DNA from: Candidatus Latescibacterota bacterium | Lineage (GTDB): Bacteria; Latescibacterota; UBA2968; GCA-2709665 | NCBI GenBank assembly: GCA_965248435.1 | Contig: OZ252100.1 | Coordinates: forward strand, 928,001-992,000 | Length of the DNA: 64,000 nt | Direction of reading: 5' to 3' | Shown: positions 1 through 10,232 of the stretch, piece after piece | How positions within the stretch are numbered: position 1 is the first letter of the stretch | Layout of the letters: every line of letters starts with the position of its first letter | Position numbers and translations under genes: made by a program | The notes under the pieces: model-generated | What the model was told of the DNA's origin: nothing | The model's input: only the letters and a program-made list of their open reading frames with translations | Databases searched by the model: none

Positions 1-1802
1 ATGTCTGGATCCCCTCTTCCTGCGAGCCAGGCCGCTCGATCTTTCTCCGTAACCAGCTCGTCCGGCGCGAACTCCAGGCTGTCCTCCCTGCCCCCATAGC
101 CGCGCGTCATCACCAGCCGTTGAACCGCCGGGAAGTCGGCGCTCCCTATCGGCACATCGATCAGCCAGCAGAGCGGCACGCCTTCGCCCACCACCTCCCT
201 TTGAAATGCCCGCAGCAGCGTTTCGTCTTCGCGGATCGCTCCGGGCGTCCTGCCCTGCTCGATCGCGAACGCGGCGACGAGTCCCGCCGCCTCGCCGATG
301 TTCCACTCGACCGGGTGCAGCCGGAAGCAGCCATTCGTGATGTGCGTCGTGCCGATGTTCTTGTTGGCCGCGATCAGGTTCTGGACACGCACGGGGATCA
401 ATGCGCCCAGGGGGATCTGGAACGGCTTCGTCCGCGTACTCGTGCCGACTTCATCATCGCTGACCTGATGGATGTCGATCGGATACCAGCCGACACCGAC
501 AGAGTCGTCGAAATGAGCGGCGCGCGGCCCCGGCTGGTGGGCGACGGCGACCTCCTGCTCGATGACCGTCTTGACCGCTTTGATCCTCCGGCATTCGCGG
601 ATGTAGGGAAACTTGCTCAGTCCGTCGCTGCTGCCCATGAGGTCGGGTCGCAGCAAGAGATTCGCGAATCCCGGAGCGCCGTCCGGATTCGGCGCGCCGG
701 TCTGCAGCCAGGTGACGAACCCCAGGCTCACCCGCTTTGCGCCCTGAAGCGCTGATGCCAGCGCCTCCGGCGATTGGTCCACGAGCGGCACGTCTCGATA
801 GTCGTTGCCCGGCCAGTTGAACATCGTCAGGTCGTGTGTGTAATGACCGGGAAACTGCGTCGCCTCGACGAGCCTGCGGTATTCCCAGAGCGGGCCTTTC
901 GTGTCCGGCGTGGCTTCAAAGACCTGGTAATCCAGCCACCCCGTCGTCTCGCCGTAGATCTCGCCGCCGTGCACGTGGATGCGCAGACCGTAGGGCTGGC
1001 GGTCGCGGTAATGCTCGTATCGCGTCGGCTTGGAAATGCGATGGTCTTCACCCACGGGCCTGCGTTCCAGAGCGAAGATGTAGGTGCAGCTCTGCACGCA
1101 GTGCGGCTTCGCTTCGTCCGGCTGTGCGTGCGGCTCGGTGGTCTGCGACACCGACTCCGCGCCCACCACATATTCCGTGCCCGTCAGCGGGAGCAGATCC
1201 CCCAGCTCCGTCGCGTCCAGGACGTACTCAAACGCGAATCGCACGGCGTCGCCGGTGTCGAGGTTGATCGCTCTGATGCTCGTGACGCGGTCCCCGTCCG
1301 TCTCAGCTTCGGTCGCCTTCGTGCGCAGAAAAACGCGCAGCCGCCCCGCCTCGACGTGCGGCGAAAGCAGATCGCCGATCACGCCGACCGCGACCCGCGG
1401 CTCGAACGCCAGGCGGCTGACCCAGCAGCGGCCCGGATTCAGGGGCTCCTGCGGCTCGTCCGCCAGCTTTCGATAATGGTCTCGGATCGCTTCGCAGAGC
1501 GCATAGTAGGACCGCGTGCCCCCGAACGCCTCGATATGTTCGTGCTCGTCGAGCGCCGCAACGCCCTGGCTGGCCATCTGCCCGCCCAGCCAATCGGTCT
1601 CCTCCAGCAGGCAGACGCGATGTCCGCGCCGCGCTGCCGCCCACCCGGCAGCGACACCGCCCATCCCGCCGCCGACGACGAGGATGTCGCACGACTCGTC
1701 GGAACAGGGCGCGTCGGGGTCGACCACCACGATCGCGCTTGACGGATCGCCCTCCGCGGGGACGCTCATGACGTCAATGACCGTCTCCAACTTCCTATTC
1801 AT
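1..1802 (-). CDS. FAD-dependent oxidoreductase (FAD_oxidored-like), 3' end runs off the window
   Basis: Manual translation from ATG 1802: DILVVGGGMGGVAA (Rossmann), EETDWLGGQ, NIGTTHITNGCFRLHPVEWNIGEAAG; same frame at position 1 with no stop, so absent from the ORF track. Confidence 0.85.
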   Translation of the reverse strand, partial: MNRKLETVIDVMSVPAEGDPSSAIVVVDPDAPCSDESCDILVVGGGMGGVAAGWAAARRGHRVCLLEETDWLGGQMASQGVAALDEHEHIEAFGGTRSYYALCEAIRDHYRKLADEPQEPLNPGRCWVSRLAFEPRVAVGVIGDLLSPHVEAGRLRVFLRTKATEAETDGDRVTSIRAINLDTGDAVRFAFEYVLDATELGDLLPLTGTEYVVGAESVSQTTEPHAQPDEAKPHCVQSCTYIFALERRPVGEDHRISKPTRYEHYRDRQPYGLRIHVHGGEIYGETTGWLDYQVFEATPDTKGPLWEYRRLVEATQFPGHYTHDLTMFNWPGNDYRDVPLVDQSPEALASALQGAKRVSLGFVTWLQTGAPNPDGAPGFANLLLRPDLMGSSDGLSKFPYIRECRRIKAVKTVIEQEVAVAHQPGPRAAHFDDSVGVGWYPIDIHQVSDDEVGTSTRTKPFQIPLGALIPVRVQNLIAANKNIGTTHITNGCFRLHPVEWNIGEAAGLVAAFAIEQGRTPGAIREDETLLRAFQREVVGEGVPLCWLIDVPIGSADFPAVQRLVMTRGYGGREDSLEFAPDELVTEKDRAAWLAGRGDPD

Positions 1803-1901
1803 TGGTGGCACCAAAGATCATAAAGAGGGCTCCGTTTAGGCATCGGAAAGCCTGTGCCGGTCCTCGGTTCTATCGAAAAGTGTGCACGCACCGTCGACGA
1901 C

Positions 1902-1950
1902 AAAAAAAATCGCCTGCGTTATGAACTCGTTGACGGAACACAGGCAATTC
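1902..1950 (-). terminator. putative intrinsic terminator after the DUF4258/DUF2283 pair
   Basis: Minus strand AATTGCCTGTGTT...AACGCAGGCGATT stem followed by a T run. Confidence 0.5.
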
Positions 1951-1984
1951 GTCTAGAGGGGCTAGCATCCTGAGGTTGCTCTCG

Positions 1985-2254
1985 CTAGGCTGCCTCCAGT
2001 GGGGCTAGTTCGTTCGACTCCATCGGTGGAAGTTTGAGCTTTGCGAGTGCAGCATTGATATGATCAAGTGTTATTTGAGAGGGAGTAGTGATTTCCAATC
2101 CGATGGGCTCACCGTCTGCACCGTAATCTATCAGTAGTCCGTCACCGATGGATTTAGTGTTCGCGCTCTTTGCGCTGGCCTTTCTCGGAAAGTAAAGGTA
2201 GGCAGCAAGAGGCTTTCCGCCCCGGAAGGTCACTTCCAAATATCGATCTTTCAT
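1985..2254 (-). CDS. DUF2283-like protein (putative antitoxin)
   Basis: 89 aa, AAYLYF...GLLIDYGADGEPIGLEI. Confidence 0.75.
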   Translation of the reverse strand: MKDRYLEVTFRGGKPLAAYLYFPRKASAKSANTKSIGDGLLIDYGADGEPIGLEITTPSQITLDHINAALAKLKLPPMESNELAPLEAA

Positions 2255-2263
2255 TTGTAACCC

Positions 2264-2512
2264 TTAGATTCGATAGGCTGTGACGACCACGAGCAGTTGC
2301 TCTTCGTCGTCTGGTTCGACTACGACCTCAAAGTTCCGATTGCGATGGCGTGTCTCAATGATCCATCGTCCTTCAAATTTGTCCTGTCTGAGTCCTCGTG
2401 CATCTTGGAGCATCTGCCTAAGATCAATCTGGGAAAAACCCCTTTGCTCCATCCGTTTTTCAATGTGAGGGGTAACTTCAATCTCCCAATCCCACCAGTG
2501 AGGCCAGTTCAT
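2264..2512 (-). CDS. DUF4258-like protein (putative RNase toxin)
   Basis: 82 aa, TPHIEKRMEQRGF...VVVTAY, directly upstream of DUF2283. Confidence 0.75.
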   Translation of the reverse strand: MNWPHWWDWEIEVTPHIEKRMEQRGFSQIDLRQMLQDARGLRQDKFEGRWIIETRHRNRNFEVVVEPDDEEQLLVVVTAYRI

Positions 2513-2718
2513 CCCTCCCCCAAGTGCGAGCTAGGATCGATTATTACAAAGATAAGCAAAACATAGCCACGATGAAATACCTTTAAATGATTGCCCTTTT
2601 GGGAATTTGTCTTCAAACTTGGCAATGGACCGGCATGGCTCATAACCACGGCACTAGCGAACCAGTTTGCAAAAACGTCTGACCAGTCTTTGTAATTATC
2701 CCGTATTTGTGAAGCAAG

Positions 2719-3009
2719 CTAAGAGACCTCAACCTCGTTTTTCTCAGGACGCGCTAAGTAGGCTGATCTGACGTATTCCGCCATCGCCCGGACACTGTCG
2801 AACAGCTCCGGGCGCAGGTCCTCATCCTCGATCTCGATTCCGAATTCCCCCTCCAAACCGACGATGATCTCTATCGTGGCTTCGGAATCCAGGCCCAATG
2901 CCCCTTCAAAGAGTTGATCCTCGTCACCAATCTCTTCAGGTTCGATCTCCAGAGAGAGGGTTCGCACGATCACTCGTTTTATGCGATCCTCTATCCGCTC
3001 TTCTTCCAT
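2719..3009 (-). CDS. acyl carrier protein
   Basis: Acidic 96 aa protein with LGLDS phosphopantetheine motif and EFGIEIEDEDL; ATG at 3009. Confidence 0.85.
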   Translation of the reverse strand: MEEERIEDRIKRVIVRTLSLEIEPEEIGDEDQLFEGALGLDSEATIEIIVGLEGEFGIEIEDEDLRPELFDSVRAMAEYVRSAYLARPEKNEVEVS

Positions 3010-3046
3010 CGACCCTCGCTCCCATCGGCCAGAATTATTCTTTGGG

Positions 3047-5005
3047 TTATGATGTGACTGCTGCCTCCTCGCGAAAGTATTCAATGACCGTCGTCACCAT
3101 CCTCTGCTGCCCTTCTTCAGAGGTGATCTCCACCGCGGGGAGCTCGAACTGCTCCTCCAGATGACGCAGCTTTTGATCGATCTCCGCCTGGGACATCTGA
3201 CGCGGCGTGACCAGAGTTCGCCCGTAGGCGGCCCGGATGTGTTTCTCCTTGTCGCTCATCGCCAGCATGATCGTGGGCGCCTTGCCCAGGGCACGGATGG
3301 CGTCGATAGTGTCACGGATGTAATCAACCGGGTCGATGCTGTTCACAACGAGGATGCAGGCATCTGGCTTCGTCCCCAGCAGAAACGCAAGGGTCGGCAG
3401 AGAATGCGTCGTGTGCTCGAGGATATCGTATGGAATCGTCCCGGATTGGGAGCCGACGAGGATGATCTCCGGCTTCTTACGGGAGATCGCACGCATCTCG
3501 TGATCCAGGTAGGGCAGGTAGACCTGAAGCGGCAGTTCCAGAGGGGACGCATATCCTATAGGAAAGGCCAGGTCCATCCCGAACATTTCGGCGTGATGTT
3601 CCGTACCGATCTGCCCGACCCTGTAGCCGATCTCCATCAGCTTTCGCCGGAGCGCGAGCTGAACCGTAAACTTGCCCTGCTGAGAGCTGGTCCCGAACAC
3701 GCCTATCACGGGGGCGTCAACTCTACCTTCTGTCCGGTAATGTCGAAGCGTTTCTTGAACTCCGGCCTGAGAGATCGAGGGGTAAACGATCTTGAGGCGC
3801 TTTCTGCGAGCTGCAACATAGAGGTCGCCGTAGACAGCGCGAGGCACCGGAAGGAAGCTGAACACGTGGACGTCCTGATTCAGGGCCTTCTGGATCGAAT
3901 CCCGAATCAGGTCTCGCCTCGTAATGCGTGCGATCTGGTCTACATAACCGAGGATGAGCGTATCCGCATCTTTGAGGGCATCTTCCAGGCGCGGCTTGAT
4001 CTTGATGCCCGCTGAAGGGATCCCGATGGCCTCTCCGGCGTCCTTGCCGACGAGTCCTTTTCCTACGGGATCCGCGATGCCCACGATCTCGAAATCGAGC
4101 AAGTCCCTGAAGCGGATGAAGGCGTGCATCTCCTTGTTATAGGGGTAGAGCGCTGCCTTTTTGATCCACTTGAATCCCGAGACCCGCTCCAAACGAACTG
4201 TCGGCGGTATCGTGGGAGGCGTTGACCGTCCCCTCAGAGACGCGTCCGTTTTACGGACCAGGTCGGGTTCCCCCTCCACGGCATTCGATCTCAGGATCTC
4301 TCTTACCTCTTCCAACGTCGCGCCCGGGTGGACTTCACGAATCAGGGCGATGAGACCCGCGATGTGCGGCGCGGCATAGCTCGTCCCCCCCATCATAATC
4401 TCCCGACCTTCCGACCAGCAGACCCGCTGCTCGTCTCCGCGGGCAACACACTCGATCATTTCGCCGGGCCTGTAGCTGTACCCATACCGTCCGTAAGCCC
4501 TTCCGCCCGTCACCCCGATGACTTCGGTCAGGCAGGCAGGATAGCTTTCAAGGCCGTCGTTATGCTCCGCGGAGACGAGGATCACACCCTCCTTTACGGC
4601 CTCACTGCATGCCTCCGCTATCGCATCTCGAAAAGAGACCTCGGTCGTCCCCAGACTCAGATTGACGACGTCCATTCCCTTCGCTGTGGCCCATCGGATG
4701 GCGGCGACGAGCGCTCGCCCGTCAGCGGAGAGGGACTCTCCGAAGATCCGGATGCTGTAGAGGTCCACCTCCGGCGCCTTCCTCCGGATAATACCCGCGC
4801 AGGCCGTGCCGTGTCCCGCGCCGTCGAACCTGTCCAACCCCTGGATCACCTGACCGTTGGGACCCATACAGAGCTCCACGCCCCCCGCGATGCGCCCGAT
4901 CTTCGGATGCGTGGCGTCGATCCCACTGTCCACGACTGCAACCTTGATCCCGCGTCCCGTCAGACGCGAGAAGGAGAATCGTTTTCTGAACTTGCTTTGT
5001 TCCAT
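3047..5005 (-). CDS. S8 (subtilisin) peptidase fused to DUF1611/TIGR04066-like P-loop domain
   Basis: VAVVDSGID, GHGTACAG, GTSYAAPH triad motifs; C-half YPYNKEMH..GLVGKDAG and FGTSSQQGKFT. Confidence 0.8.
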   Translation of the reverse strand: MEQSKFRKRFSFSRLTGRGIKVAVVDSGIDATHPKIGRIAGGVELCMGPNGQVIQGLDRFDGAGHGTACAGIIRRKAPEVDLYSIRIFGESLSADGRALVAAIRWATAKGMDVVNLSLGTTEVSFRDAIAEACSEAVKEGVILVSAEHNDGLESYPACLTEVIGVTGGRAYGRYGYSYRPGEMIECVARGDEQRVCWSEGREIMMGGTSYAAPHIAGLIALIREVHPGATLEEVREILRSNAVEGEPDLVRKTDASLRGRSTPPTIPPTVRLERVSGFKWIKKAALYPYNKEMHAFIRFRDLLDFEIVGIADPVGKGLVGKDAGEAIGIPSAGIKIKPRLEDALKDADTLILGYVDQIARITRRDLIRDSIQKALNQDVHVFSFLPVPRAVYGDLYVAARRKRLKIVYPSISQAGVQETLRHYRTEGRVDAPVIGVFGTSSQQGKFTVQLALRRKLMEIGYRVGQIGTEHHAEMFGMDLAFPIGYASPLELPLQVYLPYLDHEMRAISRKKPEIILVGSQSGTIPYDILEHTTHSLPTLAFLLGTKPDACILVVNSIDPVDYIRDTIDAIRALGKAPTIMLAMSDKEKHIRAAYGRTLVTPRQMSQAEIDQKLRHLEEQFELPAVEITSEEGQQRMVTTVIEYFREEAAVTS

Positions 5006-5013
5006 TATGACTA

Positions 5014-5730
5014 TCAGAATGAAATTGTGGGTGTTGTGAAAACAGACGCGACCCACGCGATTCCGGCGCCGAACGCCATCGATAGACCCCAGAAGGTTCC
5101 CACGACGCCCGCAGAACGAGCGCGACTGCAATCAGAGACCGTCGCGATGCCTATTGTCAGAAGACCATAATACCAGAGGTTGAAGGGATTCAGGCTCGTG
5201 AGCAGCACTTTCAAGGAGGGGTGAACGATACCCTCCACGAACAGGTCCGCCCCAAGGCTGATCTCCAGATCCTGAAGATCTATCTCACCTTTCTGAGCCT
5301 TCAACAGGACCAAAGCCGCTACAAGAACCGCAGAAATCAAAGAGACGACGCTGCCGTGCGAAACCACGGAGAATATGGCCGCAAAGCCGCTTCTGCCTTC
5401 GAAGACCTGAACAAGCAGCCAGATCAGAAATGCAGAGACGAACCAGAAGACAAGCGTTCCCAGGACTGCACCCCCGGCGTAGACGTACCTCATGGTCCGA
5501 TGCATCTGAGTGACCTGTTCCAGCTGATCAGAAGAGAGTGATTCGGAAAGGGAAGGAAGAAAGGCCTTCTGAAAGACGGGGAGGGTCATCCAGGCGATGG
5601 CAGATGTGCCGAAACTGACCACGAGAAAGGCACACAACCAGGTCGGCCTCTCCCGGATTTCTCCGAATGCCCGCAGCGGTGACCAGATCATGAGGGCCAG
5701 TCGTCCGACTGAACGGGAGAAGGCTGTCAA
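5014..5730 (-). CDS. Yip1-family membrane protein
   Basis: SPLRAFGEIRERPTW, about 5 TM helices, LNPFNLW. Confidence 0.75.
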   Translation of the reverse strand: MTAFSRSVGRLALMIWSPLRAFGEIRERPTWLCAFLVVSFGTSAIAWMTLPVFQKAFLPSLSESLSSDQLEQVTQMHRTMRYVYAGGAVLGTLVFWFVSAFLIWLLVQVFEGRSGFAAIFSVVSHGSVVSLISAVLVAALVLLKAQKGEIDLQDLEISLGADLFVEGIVHPSLKVLLTSLNPFNLWYYGLLTIGIATVSDCSRARSAGVVGTFWGLSMAFGAGIAWVASVFTTPTISF

Positions 5731-5734
5731 TTGT

Positions 5735-6271
5735 TCAGCCGCCCTGGAAAAGATTCCTGATCATTCCACGCATATTCCGAACCGACTGATAGCCGACAGC
5801 TGTTTGTCTCAGAATGCCTTCCTCGTCCAACAGGAACATCGCCGGGACGTTGGAGGTGCCCAACTGCTTATAAAGCCTCCGCTGGGGGTCGATCCAGATC
5901 GGGAATGAGGCAGGGAAGGCTTTGAAAAACTCAGCGGTCTCGGCCGGCGCATCTGTCGAGATAACGACCACAGCAAGTTCACCATCCCCGTATCGCTCCT
6001 CCCGCAGCTTCTCCAGGACCGACAACTGTGCTCCGCAATGACCGCATCCGACCTGTATAAAGGAGGCCAGCAGGATCTTCCCCCGGTAGGTGTCGAGGCT
6101 GACCGGATGGCCCTCCAAATCCGTAAGCGTTAAAGACGGGAAGGGACGGTCGATCACTGCAACATTTTCAGGTCGATAGGTGTCCCGCATTCCAAGAATC
6201 GCTCCTGTCCCACCCCCAACGATGGCGAGCAGGACAGCAAGAGCGATCCATCTGCGATTGCTCGAATGCAT
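5735..6271 (-). CDS. TlpA/AhpC-TSA-type redoxin, membrane anchored
   Basis: N-terminal TM, FPSLTLTDLEG, CGHC motif. Confidence 0.8.
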   Translation of the reverse strand: MHSSNRRWIALAVLLAIVGGGTGAILGMRDTYRPENVAVIDRPFPSLTLTDLEGHPVSLDTYRGKILLASFIQVGCGHCGAQLSVLEKLREERYGDGELAVVVISTDAPAETAEFFKAFPASFPIWIDPQRRLYKQLGTSNVPAMFLLDEEGILRQTAVGYQSVRNMRGMIRNLFQGG

Positions 6272-6373
6272 TCTTTTCCTCTCTTCCCACGACTATCCCT
6301 GCAATCGAATAGTCTGGGTGGACGGGATTTCATTTTCGTGGAGGCACGCGACAGACGACCAAGTCAAACCATC

Positions 6374-6817
6374 TCAATTCTTCTGTCGATCAAGAATACT
6401 ATCAAACAGAACTGTCAATACAGGCGCCCTCCGATACTCGAGCAACATCGCCTTCACACGGTGGGACGTGTCCGCCCCTTCACCAGGTGCTCCTGGCGAA
6501 CGGACTTCGATATCTGCAAGCAAATCGGGCCCTTCCTTCACCAGACATCCATTCACTTTTATGATCTGTCCGTACCATACCTTCTCTCCCTCTGACCCGA
6601 TGCGCACAAGACGACATCTACTCAGTAGACCCAGCCGCTCCCCGGGCACTCGAGTGCGAAGGTTCCACCCTTCCTGCGTATGGCTTATCTCCCCTTCGAC
6701 TTCCAGACCGACGTCCATGTGTGCGAGCGTCAGGACGATCAGCAGCCCGAGAAAAATCGCCGATACCCCGATTAAAATCGCACCGGCTCGCCACTCTATG
6801 TTCCGAGGAATCCTCAT
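6374..6817 (-). CDS. hypothetical membrane protein (possible ABC exporter accessory)
   Basis: Single N-terminal TM; overlaps the stop of the ABC transporter gene. Confidence 0.5.
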   Translation of the reverse strand: MRIPRNIEWRAGAILIGVSAIFLGLLIVLTLAHMDVGLEVEGEISHTQEGWNLRTRVPGERLGLLSRCRLVRIGSEGEKVWYGQIIKVNGCLVKEGPDLLADIEVRSPGAPGEGADTSHRVKAMLLEYRRAPVLTVLFDSILDRQKN

Positions 6818-8532
6818 ACCGCAGCGGCTGTCAGATCCTTCTGGTAATATGTGCTGAAGTGACCACCCTGCTCCAATAGCTCAGGAAACGTCCCTTCCTC
6901 AACGATCCGTCCACCGACGAGTAGGAAGATTCGGTCTGCTATCGATACAGTAGAGAGCCGATGGGCAATCAGCAGGGTTGTTCGCCCGGCTGCAGCTCGC
7001 TTCAAGGCATCCTGAATCAGACGCTCTGAGCAGGTATCCAGTGACGAGGTTGCTTCATCAAGCACCAGGATCTTGGGATCGCGAATCACCGCGCGGGCCA
7101 GAGCGACCCGCTGCTTCTGACCACCGGAGAGCTGCACACCGCCAGACCCGATCCGCGTGTCCAACCCACGAGGAAATCTCCGGATAAACTCGGCGCAGTT
7201 CATCGCCTCCGCTGCCGCTTCCACCTCCTTCTCCGTCGCGTCCAGCTTGCCGTACGCAATATTCTCCCGGATCGTCCCAGAAAAGAGCCGGATGTCCTGC
7301 TCGACCAACGCGATCTCCTTGCGCAATGCCCGAACGTCGAAAGTGGAAAACTCCTCCCCATCGATCAGAACTTGGCCAGAAATCGGTTCGTAGAAGCGGA
7401 GCAAGAGGTTGACCAGCGTCGTCTTGCCCGCACCCGTGGGCCCGACAACTGCAGAGATCCTTCCCCGCTCGAGAGTGAGGTTCACCGAATTCAGAATGGG
7501 CCGATGCAGATCGTATCCGAATCGGACTGCTCGAAATACAACCTCACCTCTCGGTATGGTGAAAACTCTGTTGCTGCGACCCACCTCTGCAGGGGCATCC
7601 AGGATGTCGAGGACGCGCCTTAGAATGCTCAAGCCCTGTTGGAAACTGACGTACAGACCCGAAAGCTGCCCCATCGGGCCGTAGACGTAGGCCATCAGCA
7701 TGTTGAAGCCGACGAACCGACCGAGCGTCAGCCTATCTGCCATGATCTCGTAAGCGCCGTACCAGAGAAGAAAGAGCCCGCCCGCACTGTAGAGGAGCAT
7801 CTGCAGTAGGCCCGCACCCGCCATCGTAACGTTCCGCCGCAACTTGGTATCCGCCTCTTTGTGCAGCTTCCCGGCCAGACGCCGGGCCTCCAGTTTCCCA
7901 CGCTCGAAGGCCCGAGCCACGTGAGCCGAGTCCAGAGATTCCACCCGGGTCGCGTTTGCAATCCCCTTCCGCTCCTGTAGCTGGTCGCTCTGCACGCTCA
8001 CAACGCGGCCGAAGTGGATATTGACCCACACAAACCCCGGGAGAACGACCAGCACGGCAACCGCCAGTCTCGGATGGATCGTCACCATCGCTGCCAGAGC
8101 AACGACGAGCAGAACCAGCCCGCTCAACCCATCGATGTAAGCGCCAGCCATCAGCGACCCGAGCTGCCTGACATCGTCACTGATCCGGGTAGCGATGTAG
8201 CCCGAGCCATGCTTCTTGAAAAAGGCGATCGGAATCGTGTGGACCTTCCTGAATAGCCGCATCTCCAGGTCGAAGAAGACCCTTCGCGTAAACACGAGCA
8301 GCAGGTAGCGCTGGAGGAAGCTCAACGCCAGGCCCAGGACCGTCGCGAGCGCAAGCGCCTCACACACCAGGTGAAGCACCTGCATCTGCCCGTTGGCGAT
8401 CACCCGATCGATGATGTAGATCGACAGCAGGGGCATCGGCAGGGCCAGCACGGTTGTGAACACCATGCAGACACCTGCCTCGAGCGCGCGGAGCCAGTAT
8501 GGTTTTAGGAATGAGAGAAGACGAAATAGCAT
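6814..8532 (-). CDS. ABC exporter, fused permease + ATPase
   Basis: TM domain, GPTGAGKT, LSGGQKQR, ILVLDEATS. Confidence 0.93.
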   Translation of the reverse strand: MLFRLLSFLKPYWLRALEAGVCMVFTTVLALPMPLLSIYIIDRVIANGQMQVLHLVCEALALATVLGLALSFLQRYLLLVFTRRVFFDLEMRLFRKVHTIPIAFFKKHGSGYIATRISDDVRQLGSLMAGAYIDGLSGLVLLVVALAAMVTIHPRLAVAVLVVLPGFVWVNIHFGRVVSVQSDQLQERKGIANATRVESLDSAHVARAFERGKLEARRLAGKLHKEADTKLRRNVTMAGAGLLQMLLYSAGGLFLLWYGAYEIMADRLTLGRFVGFNMLMAYVYGPMGQLSGLYVSFQQGLSILRRVLDILDAPAEVGRSNRVFTIPRGEVVFRAVRFGYDLHRPILNSVNLTLERGRISAVVGPTGAGKTTLVNLLLRFYEPISGQVLIDGEEFSTFDVRALRKEIALVEQDIRLFSGTIRENIAYGKLDATEKEVEAAAEAMNCAEFIRRFPRGLDTRIGSGGVQLSGGQKQRVALARAVIRDPKILVLDEATSSLDTCSERLIQDALKRAAAGRTTLLIAHRLSTVSIADRIFLLVGGRIVEEGTFPELLEQGGHFSTYYQKDLTAAAV

Positions 8533-8626
8533 AAATCTGTTCTCTATAGGTACTATGACGGACAGGATTATGATTTGGACGATCCCGGGGGATCTGACGA
8601 AAAGTTTGTCAACCGAGATACGGACT

Positions 8627-9319
8627 CTAGAACAAATTTGCTTCTTTCATGCTCAAGAACCGCTCGGAGCCAAGGATCACGTGGTCCAGGACCTCGATCC
8701 CCATAATCTCTCCGGCCTGGACCATTCGGCTGGTCAGTTCAATATCTTCTCGGCTCGGCGTCACGTCCCCGGATGGATGGTTGTGGCACAGAATGACACT
8801 CGCAGCGGATGAACCCACGGCAGGCTGGAAGACTTCCCGCGGGTGTACAAGGGAAGCGTTCAAGCTCCCGACTGAGACATCTTCTCTGCAGATGACCTGA
8901 TTCCGCGCGTTCAGGAAAACCGCCACAAAGTACTCCTTCCTGCGGTCCTTGATGTCGGACACGATCGGCACGAGATCCGCTGGGCTCGTGATCGTGGGCG
9001 CGATTCCGATTCCTTTTCCAAGTCCTCTGCGCGAGAATTCGAACGCCGCCATCATCCCTGCGGCCTTCGCGCGTCCGATCCCCTTGATCCGCGTCAGCTC
9101 GGCGAGGCCCATCTTCATCAACTCCTCTGGCGAGCGCTTCACGAGGATCTCCGAGGCGATCTCCAGTACGTTTTTCCCCTCATAGCCGGTTCTGAGCAAG
9201 ACAGCGAGCAGCTCCTCATTACGGAGTGCCTCTGGTCCCAACCGCTCCATCTTCTCGCGGGGCAGGTCTATGTCGGCAACACCGGGAAATCCCTCACGCA
9301 TACTCATACACAAAGCCAT
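8627..9319 (-). CDS. radC: RadC family protein (JAB domain)
   Basis: PREKM...ELLAVLLRTG, VHPREVF, HNHPSGD, LDHVI. Confidence 0.93.
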   Translation of the reverse strand: MALCMSMREGFPGVADIDLPREKMERLGPEALRNEELLAVLLRTGYEGKNVLEIASEILVKRSPEELMKMGLAELTRIKGIGRAKAAGMMAAFEFSRRGLGKGIGIAPTITSPADLVPIVSDIKDRRKEYFVAVFLNARNQVICREDVSVGSLNASLVHPREVFQPAVGSSAASVILCHNHPSGDVTPSREDIELTSRMVQAGEIMGIEVLDHVILGSERFLSMKEANLF

Positions 9320-9410
9320 TTGTCAATACGACCTGCTACCCGGTTCTGTAGTGTTGGGGATACTCCTTGTGTTTCCACTACGCGATCACAAATGTGATTC
9401 TAGAGTTTTG

Positions 9411-9570
9411 CAGTACTGGAGTGTTGGAAAAACCTGTTTTCTCATCCCTCCATTACTCCATTCCCCCATTACTCCAACACTCACGCTTTTTTCTCGGTTC
9501 CCATTACTCCATTCCCCCAAACACTCACGCTTTCCTCCTCGTCACTCCATTCCCCCCATTACTCCAGCAA
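9411..9570. repeat. intergenic cluster of CCATTACTCCA-type short repeats
   Basis: ccattactcca at ~9450, 9466, 9501, 9556; acactcacgcttt twice; tggagtgttgga at ~9417 in the opposite orientation. Confidence 0.7.
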
Positions 9571-9848
9571 TCAGGTTTTTGTTCATCGTTCCTCCCCCGC
9601 AAATTCCGTTCCGAAAACAAACAGGGGAAGATCCCCTTTTCCGAATTGGGATCTTCCCCTGTCGTTCCAAACCTCAGCAGCGAGGTTTGAACAGGCTTTT
9701 CAATCAATCAAGCAAGAGATTTTCAGAGATCAGGCTTCGACTGCCCTCGCCCACCGGACGCCGCCATCTTCACGGCTTACGCCCTCAGCCCGCTTGCAAC
9801 CTGACAAAACAAGATCACGGCCAGGTCGCCATTACCCAACAAAACAAG

Positions 9849-10232
9849 TCAACGCTTGACTGTACCACTCTGAAAATTGACCATGTTTCCGTCAGGATCT
9901 CGGAAATAGATGGAGGTTGTGCCCCATGGCTGAGTCGTCGGAGGTTTCACCCAGTCAATATCGAATCGCTGCAGTCGTTCGTATTCGGCTTTGGCACTTT
10001 GCACACGAAACAAGATCGACACCGTCCTATTTGACGCGCCCTCCATCGCCCCTGGCGCGAGCTTATCCTTTCCCTTCTTGCTGAAGAGTGCCAGGGTGCC
10101 AACAGGTGTGGGAAATTCAATCCACCCACCACTTCCTACCGGTTCGACTTGAAGAACATCCTGATAAAATTCTGTCAAACGCGGGAAGTTTTCAGTGATA
10201 ATGACAGTATGGCTGAGTTCTATTGGTTTCAT
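9849..10232 (-). CDS. VOC/glyoxalase family protein
   Basis: FYQDVL, QPWG..SIYFRDPDGN. Confidence 0.85.
   Translation of the reverse strand: MKPIELSHTVIITENFPRLTEFYQDVLQVEPVGSGGWIEFPTPVGTLALFSKKGKDKLAPGAMEGASNRTVSILFRVQSAKAEYERLQRFDIDWVKPPTTQPWGTTSIYFRDPDGNMVNFQSGTVKR

Noticed and set aside
120-1742. Plus-strand ORFs of 211 and 322 aa
   Set aside because: Antisense shadows of the minus-strand FAD oxidoreductase
3161-5170. Plus-strand ORFs of 284 and 280 aa
   Set aside because: Shadows of the S8 fusion gene; no motifs
8533-8626. Promoter at TTGACA upstream of the ABC gene; RiPP precursor in nearby gaps
   Set aside because: No -10 at proper spacing; no convincing small ORF in 2513-2718, 6272-6373 or 8533-8626
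9270-10034. 254 aa plus-strand ORF
   Set aside because: Reads through the repeat patch and overlaps radC and the VOC gene antisense; low complexity
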